A stretch of DNA of 64,000 bases from Selaginella moellendorffii (Eukaryota > Plantae > Lycopodiophyta): positions 3,833,229-3,897,228 of the forward strand of contig NW_003314264.1 of the NCBI RefSeq assembly GCF_000143415.4. Direction: 5' to 3'. This document shows positions 1 through 11,231 of the stretch, piece by piece. The position numbers were made by a program, and so were the translations under genes. Below the pieces are notes generated by a model. That model did not search any database, had not been told where the DNA came from, and was given only the letters and a program-made list of their open reading frames with translations. How positions within the stretch are numbered: position 1 is the stretch's first letter; every line of letters starts with the position of its first letter.

Positions 1-68
1 TTTTACATGCAAATGTCAAAGAGATGTTGGAAAAGGGAGTTATTCAGAAGTTGCAGAATCCTTGGGTA
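1..68 (+). mobile_element. Ty3/Gypsy reverse-transcriptase N-terminal fragment, truncated
   Basis: From nt 9 the sequence translates as ANVKEMLEKGVIQKLQNPW, resembling the Gypsy RT start motif (VxEMLxxGVIxxSxSPW). It is cut off by the LTR copy beginning near 72. Confidence 0.5.
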
Positions 69-71
69 TGT

Positions 72-818
72 GACTGAGAGCATTGGCCAGTCGATCTCCC
101 GGGGGAACTAGAGCCGGCTCTTGAACACTTCACCAAGCTACCCCACTTGTCGGTCCGTGTTCACTCTAGTCTTGGACTTCCCAGTGGGCAGCTCCTCACC
201 CAACACTGGGTCTGGCCTTCCTGGGCCAAACTGGCCTTTCCTGGCCAAACTGGCTCCACTGCAGTCCTCCCCCCTACTATACTTTTGGAGCTCACCAAAC
301 CCCGTAGGGTTTGGGAGACGAATGCTTTGGGCTTTCACCCTCTCAGACTCGAACTTGGACTCGGCCTCGGACTCAGACTTGGACTCGGACTCAGACTCGG
401 ATTCGGACTTGGACTCGGACTCGGCCTCGGCCTCGGTCTCAGTCTCAGTCCCGATCTCGGTCTCGGTCTTGGTCCCGGTCTCGGTCTCGGTCCCAGTCTT
501 GGTCTCGGTCCCGGTCTCGACTTCGGACTCCATCTCGGGGTCCTTCTCGGACTCCACTTCGGACTCCAACTCGGGTCCATCTCAGACACTTCCACGTGTC
601 ATGTGTTGGTCCTTTTGGGTCCCTTTTTGGAGCCTCGTTTATTGCTCTCTTTGTGCTTGTTCCTCGAGCACTTCATTGGGAGTTCCACTCCCGCTCTTGA
701 CCTTTCAAGGCGGAGCTTTTAGTCCAAACGTGTTACGCTCGTTTGGCTTTCGCTTCGGCCACTACCACGTGGCGCCCCTCCGGCTCCACTTTGGGGCCTA
801 GGGATTTTGTGTCTCACA
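72..818 (-). mobile_element. Truncated copy of LTR family A (carries GACTCG/GTCTCG arrays)
   Basis: Reverse complement of about 4717-5453. The terminus ...GGGATTTTGTGTCTCACA is at 818. The overlapping low-complexity ORFs derive from the internal tandem array. Confidence 0.85.
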
Positions 819-1118
819 GGACATACATATGGATGCCCAATACGTACGATTTCAAATTTATGGGTAGGAATATACCTTGCTCAAGGGTATATTATATTTT
901 TAAGTAGCCACTAATCAATGGGAATCAAACCCATGCAACCTGGCTCCGATACCAATTATAGCACACTTTATCTCTCTCCCCTTAAGCCAATTGGAAAACG
1001 GGCAATTGCTTGATGAGAGAGCCCTTAGGGGCTATTTTATCCCCATTTATCCTCTAAGGTTCCAAGGATCCATGGTGACAGTATATTTAAATCTCATCCT
1101 ATGATCACATGCGCTACA
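819..1118 (-). mobile_element. TRIM family B fragment (one LTR, PBS and part of internal region)
   Basis: Reverse complement of about 60542-60830. LTR about 957-1118. On the minus strand the PBS reads TGGTATCGGAGCCAGGTT, complementary to the tRNA-iMet 3' end. Abuts the family A LTR at 818. Confidence 0.8.
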
Positions 1119-1466
1119 CTTACTCACGACTACTCATATAAACCTTCTCAGGGATTGAAGGTTTGAAGTAAGTTTCTAATTAACTCGTGTTTTTGGTAGC
1201 TTGTTCTAGGGTGAGAATTACTATACCAACACAAAATCAATGATAACAAAAGCCCTCTGGCTCTTTGCAACCACAATAGTAGACCGTCGCAGCTAGCTTT
1301 TCACCAAATTTTCTATTGCATCTGCAATAAAATTGTAGCATAACTTCATCAGAGTTCTTCTAGTTTTCACATGCCCAACAACAAATATCATGGCCACAGC
1401 CACGTCCTTGCCCTTGTCCTTGAACTTGGGTAACAGTAGCATCAACTTTCATTGGAACAAGATCAT

Positions 1467-2593
1467 TGTAAGCGAGTAATTTTTCCATTCTACTTTAGTC
1501 ACTTAACCACACCTTCGACCACTTGGAGGAGTCTCATTCACAAACTCCATAAATCCAATTTAGGACTTAGGGCTTGCTAGCCCTGAGAATAGTATCCATG
1601 CCACTCAACCTTTGCACTTGGTCCAAGTGCTTCACATGTCCAATCCCATGACCAATACTCAAAGGTACCACCGACATATTAACCCATTACGCTAAAGCTA
1701 TGCCTAATCACCTTTGCCATATCTGTGGTCCAATACCACCTGCATCACAGTCTTGTCTCTCTAAAACTAGGCCATTTGTCCATGAGTGGTCATCCCAGAT
1801 CCACTCCTTAGCATCCTTAGGATGCCCGTAGACGTAGGGAATAACCTTCCCTAACATCCCTTTTTCAGTCCCCATTAAATTCCTTTTTATCCATGGCTGT
1901 GTTCACCAACACTGCCACTGGAACAAGGCCTCTAGGCCTGACCTCTAAGTCTCACTGTCCTTTGGGACTTCCTCACCATGTGACCATATCCTTAGTCATT
2001 GCACTAGAGGACTACTCCTCTTCCTTTTCATAGTTTGGGACTTTAGGACAACATTTCGGAACCCCATGGCTTTACACGAGCCTTATGAGTACTTTTTCCG
2101 CCTTTTGCCTTTAAGTGCTCTAGCCATAGGATTAGAGCGAGGTTCCGTTGAGCCACGCCAGGTATCCAAGTAGGTAGTGCCACCCATGCTTGGATTGGGA
2201 GTATCGACCATTCGATCTCCCCCCCCTTGGGGGACGATTGCTTTGGGCTTTCACCCAACAGCCTGTATTAGTATTCGCACTTAGACTTGGACTCGGACTC
2301 AGACTCGGTCTCAGTTTTGGTCTTGGTTCCATTTCGAACTCTATCTCGGGTCCATCTCGAACTCCTCCACATGTCATGTGTTGATCCTCTTGTGTCCCTT
2401 TTCTAAAGACTCACTTATTGCTTGTTTTGTGCTTGTTCCTTGAGCATTTCATTGGGAGTTCCACTCCCGCTCTCGACCTTTCAAGTCAGATCTTTTACTC
2501 CAAATGTGTTACACTTGTTTGGCTTTTGCTTCGATCACTACCATGTGGCACTTTTTTGGCTCCACTTTGGGGCTTAGGGATTTGTATCTCACA
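1467..2593 (-). mobile_element. Older solo LTR, family A
   Basis: TG...CA termini. Near-perfect 5-bp TSD ATCAT (1462-1466) / ACCAT (2594-2598). Colinear with 4717-6178 but with a shorter array and an internal deletion. Confidence 0.85.
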
Positions 2594-3378
2594 ACCATCT
2601 CCCACAGGAAGTGGTGCTGAAGGATATGTAGTGAGAAGTGAAAGAAGCGATATCTCATAACGTTGTGCTAAGCAAAGGGCATCATCAAAAGTGGCTAGAG
2701 CAAGTGCATACACAAGTCTTATAAAATTTTGACAAAGTGCTAGCCACAACATTCCTAACTTGATCTGTTCTAATATATTTGGCTTCGCACAAAGAAAGAA
2801 GCTTAAAAAATGAACACTAGACTGCATTACCAACTTAGATGGCCCTTGACGAAGATGATTGTTGCAAATGTAACTTTAGGTATCGAAAGTTATTTATCAG
2901 CCAGTCTTTACGGACACTCTTTCCTTACTACTATGACAGCAGAACGTTGGTATTGCTAGACCCTTTATCAGTCCCTCTTATGCTTTAACTGGGCATTTCG
3001 AGTGTACTTAGACCGGATGAGTATAAGGATGGAATTCCTACGTGTTATTAGTTAAGCATACTTAGCCCAGTAAAGAGTTCCTATTTCGTTATATCTTGCA
3101 CTGGCTAGTGACAAGAACCCTTGTGTATTGAGATTAGTCCCTCAATATTGCTACAAAATAGCTTATCATGTCTGCCAAACACCCTTGCTATCATGCCCTT
3201 TGTGTTAATCTCATTTTGATCCAAAATGCTATTTATGGAAAGTGTCTAGATTCGCTCATTTGACATATCTACAAAATGTAGAGATTGTCCTGAATGCAAT
3301 GGTGTTCATCCCATGTCCAAATTCACAATTTACCACCATTCCATATTTAGTAAGTTTCAAGCTTGTCCTAGAGATTAA

Positions 3379-3971
3379 TGTAAGCTCCTGAGTTTGGACT
3401 TCCCGGGAGGTCACCCAGCCCAGTACTATTCAAACCCAAGGACGCTTAACCCCAAGTATCCCAAGACCCTTAACCGATTGGAAAAGGGGGTGCACTCTTG
3501 TTCATGGGCCCTTTCCCTCTATATTTGAACCCCATGGATCGTCTCTCAAGTCGTTCTCTTTGGTTGCTTACAATCCACCACGCTTCCCTGCAAGTTCACG
3601 CCCTCGTGAACGGAAGCTGAGAGCCGCAGCTCTCCCGAGAGCCCCGCTCTCTTGACACCCTACCCCTCGGGTCGAGCCCAGCGCGAGCAAACTGGACCAG
3701 CCAGATGTCAATCAACATGTGGTGTGATTCTCTTAGCCAACCAACAGAGTCGGACCCGAGACCCCTCTGATACCAAATGTAAGCTCCTGAGTTTGGACTT
3801 CCCGGGAGGTCACCCAGCCCAGTACTATTCAAACCCAAGGACGCTTAACCCCAAGTATCCCAAGACCCTTAACCGATTGGAAAAGGGGGTGCACTCTTGT
3901 TCATGGGCCCTTTCCCTCTATATTTGAACCCCATGGATCGTCTCTCAAGTCGTTCTCTTTGGTTGCTTACA
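3379..3971 (-). mobile_element. Cassandra TRIM (5S rRNA-containing non-autonomous LTR retrotransposon), intact
   Basis: Two 194-bp LTRs (3379-3572, 3778-3971), TG...CA, identical by eye. Perfect 5-bp TSD ATTAA. tRNA-iMet PBS TGGTATCAGAG on the minus strand at 3765-3775. Internal region 205 bp and non-coding. Each LTR contains a 5S rRNA segment. Confidence 0.95.
3396..3450 (-). promoter_or_regulatory. 5S rRNA-derived Pol III internal control region (A box/IE/C box) in Cassandra LTR; second copy at 3795-3849
   Basis: Minus strand reads GTTAAGCGTCCTTGGGTTTGAATAGTACTGGGCTGGGTGACCTCCCGGGAAGTCC. This matches the central and 3' part of plant 5S rRNA as recalled, with about 7-8 differences in 55 nt. 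Confidence 0.9.
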
Positions 3972-4716
3972 ATTAACTCCTGATACTAAAGGAGACTTCA
4001 TTTGACTCTGTTTTGTATGCTGGTCCTAGCATTGGGATGTTGGATGCTCTAGGACTGTTCCAAGTCAATTTGTGCTCCTGTCCCTTCTCTCATTAAGCTG
4101 TTTACTTGGGATCATTCTGTGCTCCAGTGCCATTGCTCTTTGGCTCCATGCTTGGGAGTTTGGCTTCGTTCCTTCGTTCAGTGGCCTAAGGCTCTAAAAC
4201 TTGGGTTTCACACCACTGTCCTTTGGACATGTGGCATCTGTCACGTGGCACAAAGAGGGTTTAAGTTTTGCTTCATGGTGTTATCCTATGGTAAATCACT
4301 ATAGGACAAAGGGTAAAAACTACGTGTGCTATATTTGGTATCAGAGAATGAGTCTTAGCAAGTACTATTCGATGAGATTGGGCAACTAGTCTCATTGCAT
4401 ACGTAGAGATGAAAATGATAATCTGAGTGGGTATACATTTGGGTGCAAAAGCTTTGTAATGGTTCCTTGGGTATGGATTTGGTTACCTTTTTTTTTTTGT
4501 TGTACCGTATTATGTGAACTTGCTCTTGGGCTCATAAGAAGGATTGAGTTGTTCCTTTGCACGAGTTTGTGCTTAGGCTCGTGAGTGAAGCACATTGGTG
4601 TTGGAATAGTTTTGAGTTTGGTCAGAAAGAAAGTGGCATAAGCTTGTCTGTGTTGTGAACAAAAGTTGGTGGTGTTCGGTGTTGTAAATCTCTATTGGTG
4701 AAGTGTGGCATTTATG

Positions 4717-6178
4717 TGTGAGACACAAAATCCCTAGGCCCCAAAGTGGAGTCGGAGGGGTGCCATGTGGCAGTGGCCGAAGCGAAAGGCAAACGAGCAT
4801 AACACGTTGGGACTAAAAGCTCCAACTTGAAAGGTCAAGAGCAAGAGTGGAACTCCCAACAAAGGGCTCGAGGAACGAGCACGAAGCGAGCAATAAGCGA
4901 GGCTCCAAAAAAGGGACCCAAAAGGACCAACACATGATACATGGAAGTGTTCGAGATGGAGTCCGAGATGGATCCAAGATGGAGTCTGAGATGGACCCGA
5001 GATGGAGTCCAAGATGGACCCCAGATGGAGTCCGAGATGGACCGAGATGGAGTCCGAGATGGACTCGAGATGGAATTCGAGGTCGAGACCGAGACCGGGA
5101 CCGAGACCGAGATTGAGACCGAGGCCGAGGCCGAGCCTGAGTCCGAGTCTGAGTCCAAATCCGAGTCCAAGTTTGAGTCTGAGACGGTGAAAGCCCAAAG
5201 TGTTTGTCTCCCAGACCCTGGGGGGTTTGGTGAGCTCCAAAAGTATAGTAAGGGGGAGGACTATAGTGGAGCCAGTTTTGCCAGGAAAGGCCAGTTTGGC
5301 CCAGGAAGGCTGTACCCAGTGTTGGGTGATGAGCTGCCCACTGGGAAGTCCAAGACTAGAGTGAACACGGACCAACAAGCGGGGTAGCTTGGTGAAGTGT
5401 TCAAGAGCCAGCTCTAGTTCCCCCGGGAGATCGACTGGCCGATGCTCCCAGTCCAAGTGTGGGTGGCACTACCTACTTGGATACTAGGCGTGGCTCAACG
5501 GAACCTCGCTCTAAGCCCATGGCTAGAGCACCCAAAGGCGAAAGGCGGGGAGAGTACCCACGAGGCTTGCGTAAAGCCACGGTGTTCCGAAATGTTGTCC
5601 CGAAGGCCCAGATTGTGGAAAGGAAGAGGAGTAGTCCTCTGGTGTAGTGACCAAGGATATAGTCATGTAGTTAGGAAGTCCCAGAGGACCGTGGGACTTA
5701 GTGGTCAGGCCTATGGGCCTTGATCCAGTGGCAGTGTTGGCGAACACAGCCATGGGCAAAAAGGGACTTGGTGGGGACCGGAAAGGGGATATTGGGGAAG
5801 GCCATCCCCCATGTCTGTGGGCATCCTAAGAATGCTAAGGAGTGGATCTGGGATGATCACTCATGGATGGATGACCTAGTCTTTGAGAGACGGGACTGTG
5901 GTGTAAGTGGTGTTAGACCACCAGTGTGATCAAGGTGAATGGGCATGGCCTTAGCGTAATGGGCTGATGTGTCAGTGGTGCCTTGGGGGGTCGGTCATGG
6001 GATCAGACATGTGGAGCACTTGGACCAAGTGCAAAGGTTGAGTGGCGGAGATGCCATTCTCGGGGCTAGCAAGCCCAAGTCCAAAATAGGACTTATGGAG
6101 GTTGTGAGTGAGACTCCTCCAAGTGGTTGGAGGTGTGGTTAAGTGACTAAAGTAGAATGGAAAAATTAGTCGCTTACA
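4717..6178 (+). mobile_element. Complete solo LTR, family A (1462 bp)
   Basis: TGTGAGACAC...GTCGCTTACA termini. Perfect 5-bp TSD TTATG (4712-4716 / 6179-6183). Internal GAGATGGAGTCC and GAGACC/GAGTCC tandem arrays. Confidence 0.93.
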
Positions 6179-6422
6179 TTATGTTGCATTTTGTCAAATC
6201 GAGTTGGTACTTGATACTCACATAAACCTTTAAAGTAATAATATGGGCATTGCTTGTGGTGTTGCTCAATTGATGATTAAATCATTGTGATTTTTATATT
6301 ATATTTATGTGATAATGAGCAATGTGTTTACAAAGTTGCTTAGTTAGATGATGATCAACCCTAAAGTGGTTGATGGTGAAGCTAATCTACTTGCACGTAA
6401 TAACATTAAAGAAGTTGGTTGA

Positions 6423-6925
<503 letters not shown>

Positions 6926-7562
6926 AACAAAGATAACGCCATTATCAAAATTTCAAATGGATAATTTGTGAAATTTCATCCAGCCACCATGAATGTAAAT
7001 TTTTTTTTTCTTCTAATTTTTGTTTTTGCATATGGGCACCGATCTAACTCCTCACTATTACTTTTGATGATCAGGACTCACAACTATTACTATATATATA
7101 TAATCTTTGTTAAATTATGTATATGTATATATGTAAAAAAAATTTTACATGTTAAATTATGTATATATATATAATTAATTTAACTAGTAGCTGTCTTTTT
7201 ACTAACTTAATTTTTAAAAGTCCTTAAACATCCTGGACATTCATGCTTATATGGTTCTATTAACTTTGCCCTTGAAATACATACAAATCTTGCAAAGAGT
7301 CCAAAGAGGTAAATTCCTCCTTTTCTTGCATTTGGGTGCTTGAAAGTCATGTCAATACCAAAGAGGTCCCACTATTACTATTACTTTTGATGATCAAGAC
7401 TCGCCACATGACAGTGGAAAACCCACTAATTAAAACAAAGATAACGCCATTATCAAAATTTCAAATGGATAATTTGTGAAATTTCATCTAGCCACCATGA
7501 ATGTAAAATTTTTTTTTCTTCTAATTTTTGTTTTTGCATATGGGCACCGATCTAACTCCTCA
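6926..7562 (+). repeat. 129-bp direct duplication (6926-7054 and 7434-7562)
   Basis: AACAAAGATAACGCC...GATCTAACTCCTCA occurs twice. The second copy contains the PPR ATG. Confidence 0.9.
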
Positions 7563-9438
7563 AATCAAGCTACTCCAGGAGTCTATCGACAGCTTGCACG
7601 GCAATGATGACGATTCGCGCATTGTAAGCTTGCTCAGGCAGTGCGGGGAGTCCAGGGCACTCGCACAGGGGAAGCGGCTGCACGACTATCTTCGCCAGGT
7701 TGGCAAGGACACTGAAACTTTTGTTGGAAATTGGATCATCCAGATGTATGGAAGGTGCGGTGTCATCCAGGATGCCGCACAGGCATTCGAGAATATCAAG
7801 AAAAGGAATCTTTTCTCGTGGAACATCATGCTCGGAGCATATGCCCAGTCGGGGCATATGCTGCAAGCAAAGATCCTATTTGACAAGATGCCTCAACATA
7901 ACTTGGTCTCGTGGAATTCGATGATTACAGGTTACGCACAGGCTGGTTTGTCCGAAGATGTAGGGGTTTCCTATAGAAGCGTTCTTTTGGAGGGATTGAG
8001 ACCCGATAGGATCAGCTTTGTAGGAGCTCTCCAGTCTTGCTCGTGCCCAATCGAGGGAAAACGCATCCACTCTCACACAATCCAATCGGGCCTTGAATCC
8101 GACATCGTCATCACCACAGCTATTGTTGTTATGTACGGAATGTGTCACAATGTTGACGCTGCGAGGCGTTGCTTTGAGATGATTGCCAATCCAGATACTG
8201 TGTTGTGTAATGCTCTCATAACGGCATATGCCAGAAATGAGCATCTGGAGGATGCGGAGCGATTGTTTGACAGCCTCCGGACAAAGGACGTAGCTTCGTA
8301 TACCGCAATGGTGACGGGATATGCCGAAAATGGGCATCTGGAAAAGGCTCGGGACGTTTTTGAGAAAACGCCTCAGAAGAATGTGGTGTCCTGGAATGCC
8401 ATTTTGGGGGTATATTCCGAGGCTGGGCGCTGCCTTGAGGCACTGGCGCTATTCGAGAGGATGAAAAGCGATGGCATCTCTCCGAATAGAATCACTTGCA
8501 TCAGAGTCTTGGACATTTGCGCGAGACTTGGAGCAATCGAGCAGGGACGAGAGATTGAATCCTTCGCAGTCAAAGCAGGGTTTGCTTTCGACACCGTCTT
8601 AAGCAACGCTGTGGTGAACATGTACGGAAAGTGTAAAGATCTCGACAGCGCGGTGAAAGCGTATAAGAGGATGTCTGTCCTGAACTTGGTTTCGTGGAAC
8701 TCGCTGCTCGCTGCATATGCCCAAAACGGGCATTGCAAGGAAGCGGTTCACCACTTCAAGCTCATGGACCTCGAAGGGATCCAGGCCAATGACATCACCT
8801 TTAGCACATTTTTCGATGCTTGCGGTGGCTCTAACGCAATCAAAGATGGGAGGATTGTGCACGAAGAACTTCTCGAAACACACTACTTGCACGAACTCCC
8901 GGTGGCAAACTCGTTGGTCTCCATGTACGGAAGCTGCGGTAGCGTCGAGGACGCAGAGGAAACCTTCTGGGACATGAGATCCAGGAACGTAATCTCGTGG
9001 ACCGGAATGATAACCGCGTATGCCCAAAACGGGTATAACTCTAAAGCTCTGGAGATGCTCCACGCAATGAACCTCGAGGGCGTGAGTCCAAACGATATCA
9101 CCTTCGTGAGCGTTCTCTCCGCTTGTAGCCATGGTGGCTTGTCCAAGCGCGGCCTGGGATACCTTGCTTCCATGCTCGCAGACTATGGACTCGCTCCAAC
9201 GATCGATCATTATGTGTGTGCCATCGATGTCGTGGGCCGAAGTGGAGAAGCGGGAGAAGCTAGCACAATCGCGAAAGCTATGCCGTTTGAGCCAGATCCT
9301 GTGGCTTGGACGAGCATCCTAGCGGCTTGTTCCGTCCAGCAAGACGCGAGCCTGGGAGCAGTAGCAGCGGAGAAGTTTAGAGACTTGGATCCCAAAAACG
9401 ATGCTTCGTATGTCATGGAGTCCAAGCTATGGTCTTAG
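7540..9438 (+). CDS. PLS-class pentatricopeptide repeat protein with partial E domain, no DYW; intronless
   Basis: Repeated P/L/S motifs (NVVSWNA, ITAYAQNG, PNDITFVSVLSACSHGG, DHYVCAID, MPFEPDPVAWTSIL). First ATG at 7540; the ORF track start at 7528 is TTG. Confidence 0.92.
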   Translation: MGTDLTPQIKLLQESIDSLHGNDDDSRIVSLLRQCGESRALAQGKRLHDYLRQVGKDTETFVGNWIIQMYGRCGVIQDAAQAFENIKKRNLFSWNIMLGAYAQSGHMLQAKILFDKMPQHNLVSWNSMITGYAQAGLSEDVGVSYRSVLLEGLRPDRISFVGALQSCSCPIEGKRIHSHTIQSGLESDIVITTAIVVMYGMCHNVDAARRCFEMIANPDTVLCNALITAYARNEHLEDAERLFDSLRTKDVASYTAMVTGYAENGHLEKARDVFEKTPQKNVVSWNAILGVYSEAGRCLEALALFERMKSDGISPNRITCIRVLDICARLGAIEQGREIESFAVKAGFAFDTVLSNAVVNMYGKCKDLDSAVKAYKRMSVLNLVSWNSLLAAYAQNGHCKEAVHHFKLMDLEGIQANDITFSTFFDACGGSNAIKDGRIVHEELLETHYLHELPVANSLVSMYGSCGSVEDAEETFWDMRSRNVISWTGMITAYAQNGYNSKALEMLHAMNLEGVSPNDITFVSVLSACSHGGLSKRGLGYLASMLADYGLAPTIDHYVCAIDVVGRSGEAGEASTIAKAMPFEPDPVAWTSILAACSVQQDASLGAVAAEKFRDLDPKNDASYVMESKLWS

Positions 9439-9557
9439 CACGTCCAACTAGGAAGAAAAATATTGATTAGAACCAAACAAAACGATGGCTGAAATCCAAC
9501 GAGTTTTGTTAGCGCTGTCCGTTCATACTCTAAACTTTACCGCATGGCTATGGAGCT

Positions 9558-10700
9558 TCAAAAAACTTGGGCCGCGGTGTTGAGCTTCTCGGCGAGAGCG
9601 AGTTGTGTTCTTGTCAAGTTTGCAAGATAAACAACCAGTAGCAAGTCCTTGAAAGGAGAAAGGCAAGTGTCAGCGAATGCGAAGCGATTAAACTCTGGGA
9701 GAATCAAGTACCTGCATGCTATCGTTGAAGAGCTTGCTGAAGGTGTCTGGAGAGATCTTGGGCACCATGGAGAGAGTATCCGCCAGGTAGCGACCGACTG
9801 TGTTATCTGGTGGGATACGGCCCTCCTGAAAAGTTAATTTATCTCAGAGATTTCTTCCATTCCAAAGCTCAAAGTTATGCTTACCACGACATCATCCACA
9901 TACTTGAAGACCGTGTCGATCATGTTTTGCAGCCTTTGCATCGAGGACTCCAATCCTTGGAGATCGTTTGGGAGCTTGTCAACGAGAGTTTTCTTCAGGA
10001 TATCAACTATACCAAGCTTTGAAGTGTCAGAAAAAGGAAAACAAGACACGGAGAAGAAACTTACAGCCAACTCTCTCGGCCTCCAAGAGTCGAAGATCGA
10101 GCTGGACCTCATGGAACTGTGCCGCAAGCGGACGCTCGCCGAGAGTTAACACCGTGGAAACATAAGCTTTGATGTTTGCGGCATCATCGCTGAAAGTTGT
10201 GTCGACAGTGAGGTGAATGGGATTGGAGGTCTCTCTGGCGTAGAAATCCTGGATCAAGGCATCGCTTCCAGTTACCCCAGGGCTTGTTGAGTACCTTGAG
10301 AGAATCCATTTCTTACTTAAATCACAGAGAGAGTTTGAGCAACTTACCATCCGATGATAACTTCTTTGGGATTCACTCGCTGATGAAGCTCAAACATCGA
10401 CCTATGATAATCGATGTCCACAGCCACCTGCATTGGAAACCCGATTTACACGAAATCCCACTTCCAGGATCAAATACCGACCTGATCAGACGACTCGTTG
10501 TGCGGAACGGCATAAGAATTGCGAATATCGATCGTTCCATCGCTGGAAATCGACCCCAGCAGCGTCCCAATCACCCGATCTTGCTGATCGTTGCGGCGAA
10601 TGTAGGAATCGCAGATGTTGAAGAGGACCGTCGGATGGAGCTTGGCAACGACCGCCGTCGGCCCGGAGGGCATGTGAAGCACCGTGCTCCCGATCGCCAT
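9558..10700 (-). CDS. eIF3f: Eukaryotic translation initiation factor 3 subunit F (MPN domain), multi-exon
   Basis: KLHPTVLFNICDSYIRRNDQQDRVIGTLLG...RNSYAVPHNES; PIHLTVDT; C-terminus YLANLTRTQLALAEKLNTAAQVF*. Confidence 0.93.
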
Positions 10701-11231
10701 CGCCCCGCCCTGCCGCAAGAAACCAAGAACCCTAGAAATCCCCTAGAACAAGGTCGGTCGGGCGTTCGATACCGCTTGGCAACAGCCCTACTTTTCCCGC
10801 CATACGGACTTACTTTATTTTAAGTTTTTTCCACGTCGGCGTTCGCCTATACTCAAGATCAAAACTATTTGTTTCGCGCACTCCCCTGGTGATTCTTCCA
10901 ATGCTACCTATGTGTGGCCCCAAGACTGGCGCTTGGCGCTTTGTGTTCTAGCGTTTCTAGGGCGGCAGGGCAAGGCGCAGCGCAGCTACGGCGCAAGCCA
11001 AATGCGCTGGGAATCGGCGGCTTGCGCTTGGATGTGATCGCTTGGCGTTGGATCGGCTGCCGATCGGCTCGCGCTTGAGGTATTTTGTACTTCCTTTCCA
11101 TATTCCGGAACCCCAGCGCTTTAGCTCTGAAATTATACTTCCTCCATCGTAGTTTTGATCCGAGAAGCATGGTGTAGGATCGATCCCGGCATATGAGAGT
11201 CGGATTGGGTCACACAGGAATCGATAAAGCG

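Larger units (their letters stand above)
2860..4303 (+). mobile_element. LTR-like repeat family C, interrupted by Cassandra
   Basis: Colinear with 61353-62452 (starts TGTTGCAAATGTAAC vs TGTCGCGAATGTGAC; ends GGTAAATCACTATA vs GGTAAATCACCATA). A TGGTATCAGAG PBS follows at 4336-4346. Confidence 0.7.

Noticed and set aside
121-801. Long S/D-, E/T- or G/L-rich ORFs in several frames (also 4734-5456, 59580-60164, 62830-63060)
   Set aside because: They arise from stop-free hexamer arrays inside LTR family A, and the frames are not conserved between copies.
1119-1466. Possible Copia gag remnant (minus-strand QGQGRGCG-like stretch), perhaps continuing at 2594-2859
   Set aside because: Too decayed to support a call by eye.
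3379-3971. Functional 5S rRNA genes
   Set aside because: Only ~55 nt of 5S is present, lacking the 5' portion and terminator, and it is embedded in LTRs with a PBS and TSD.
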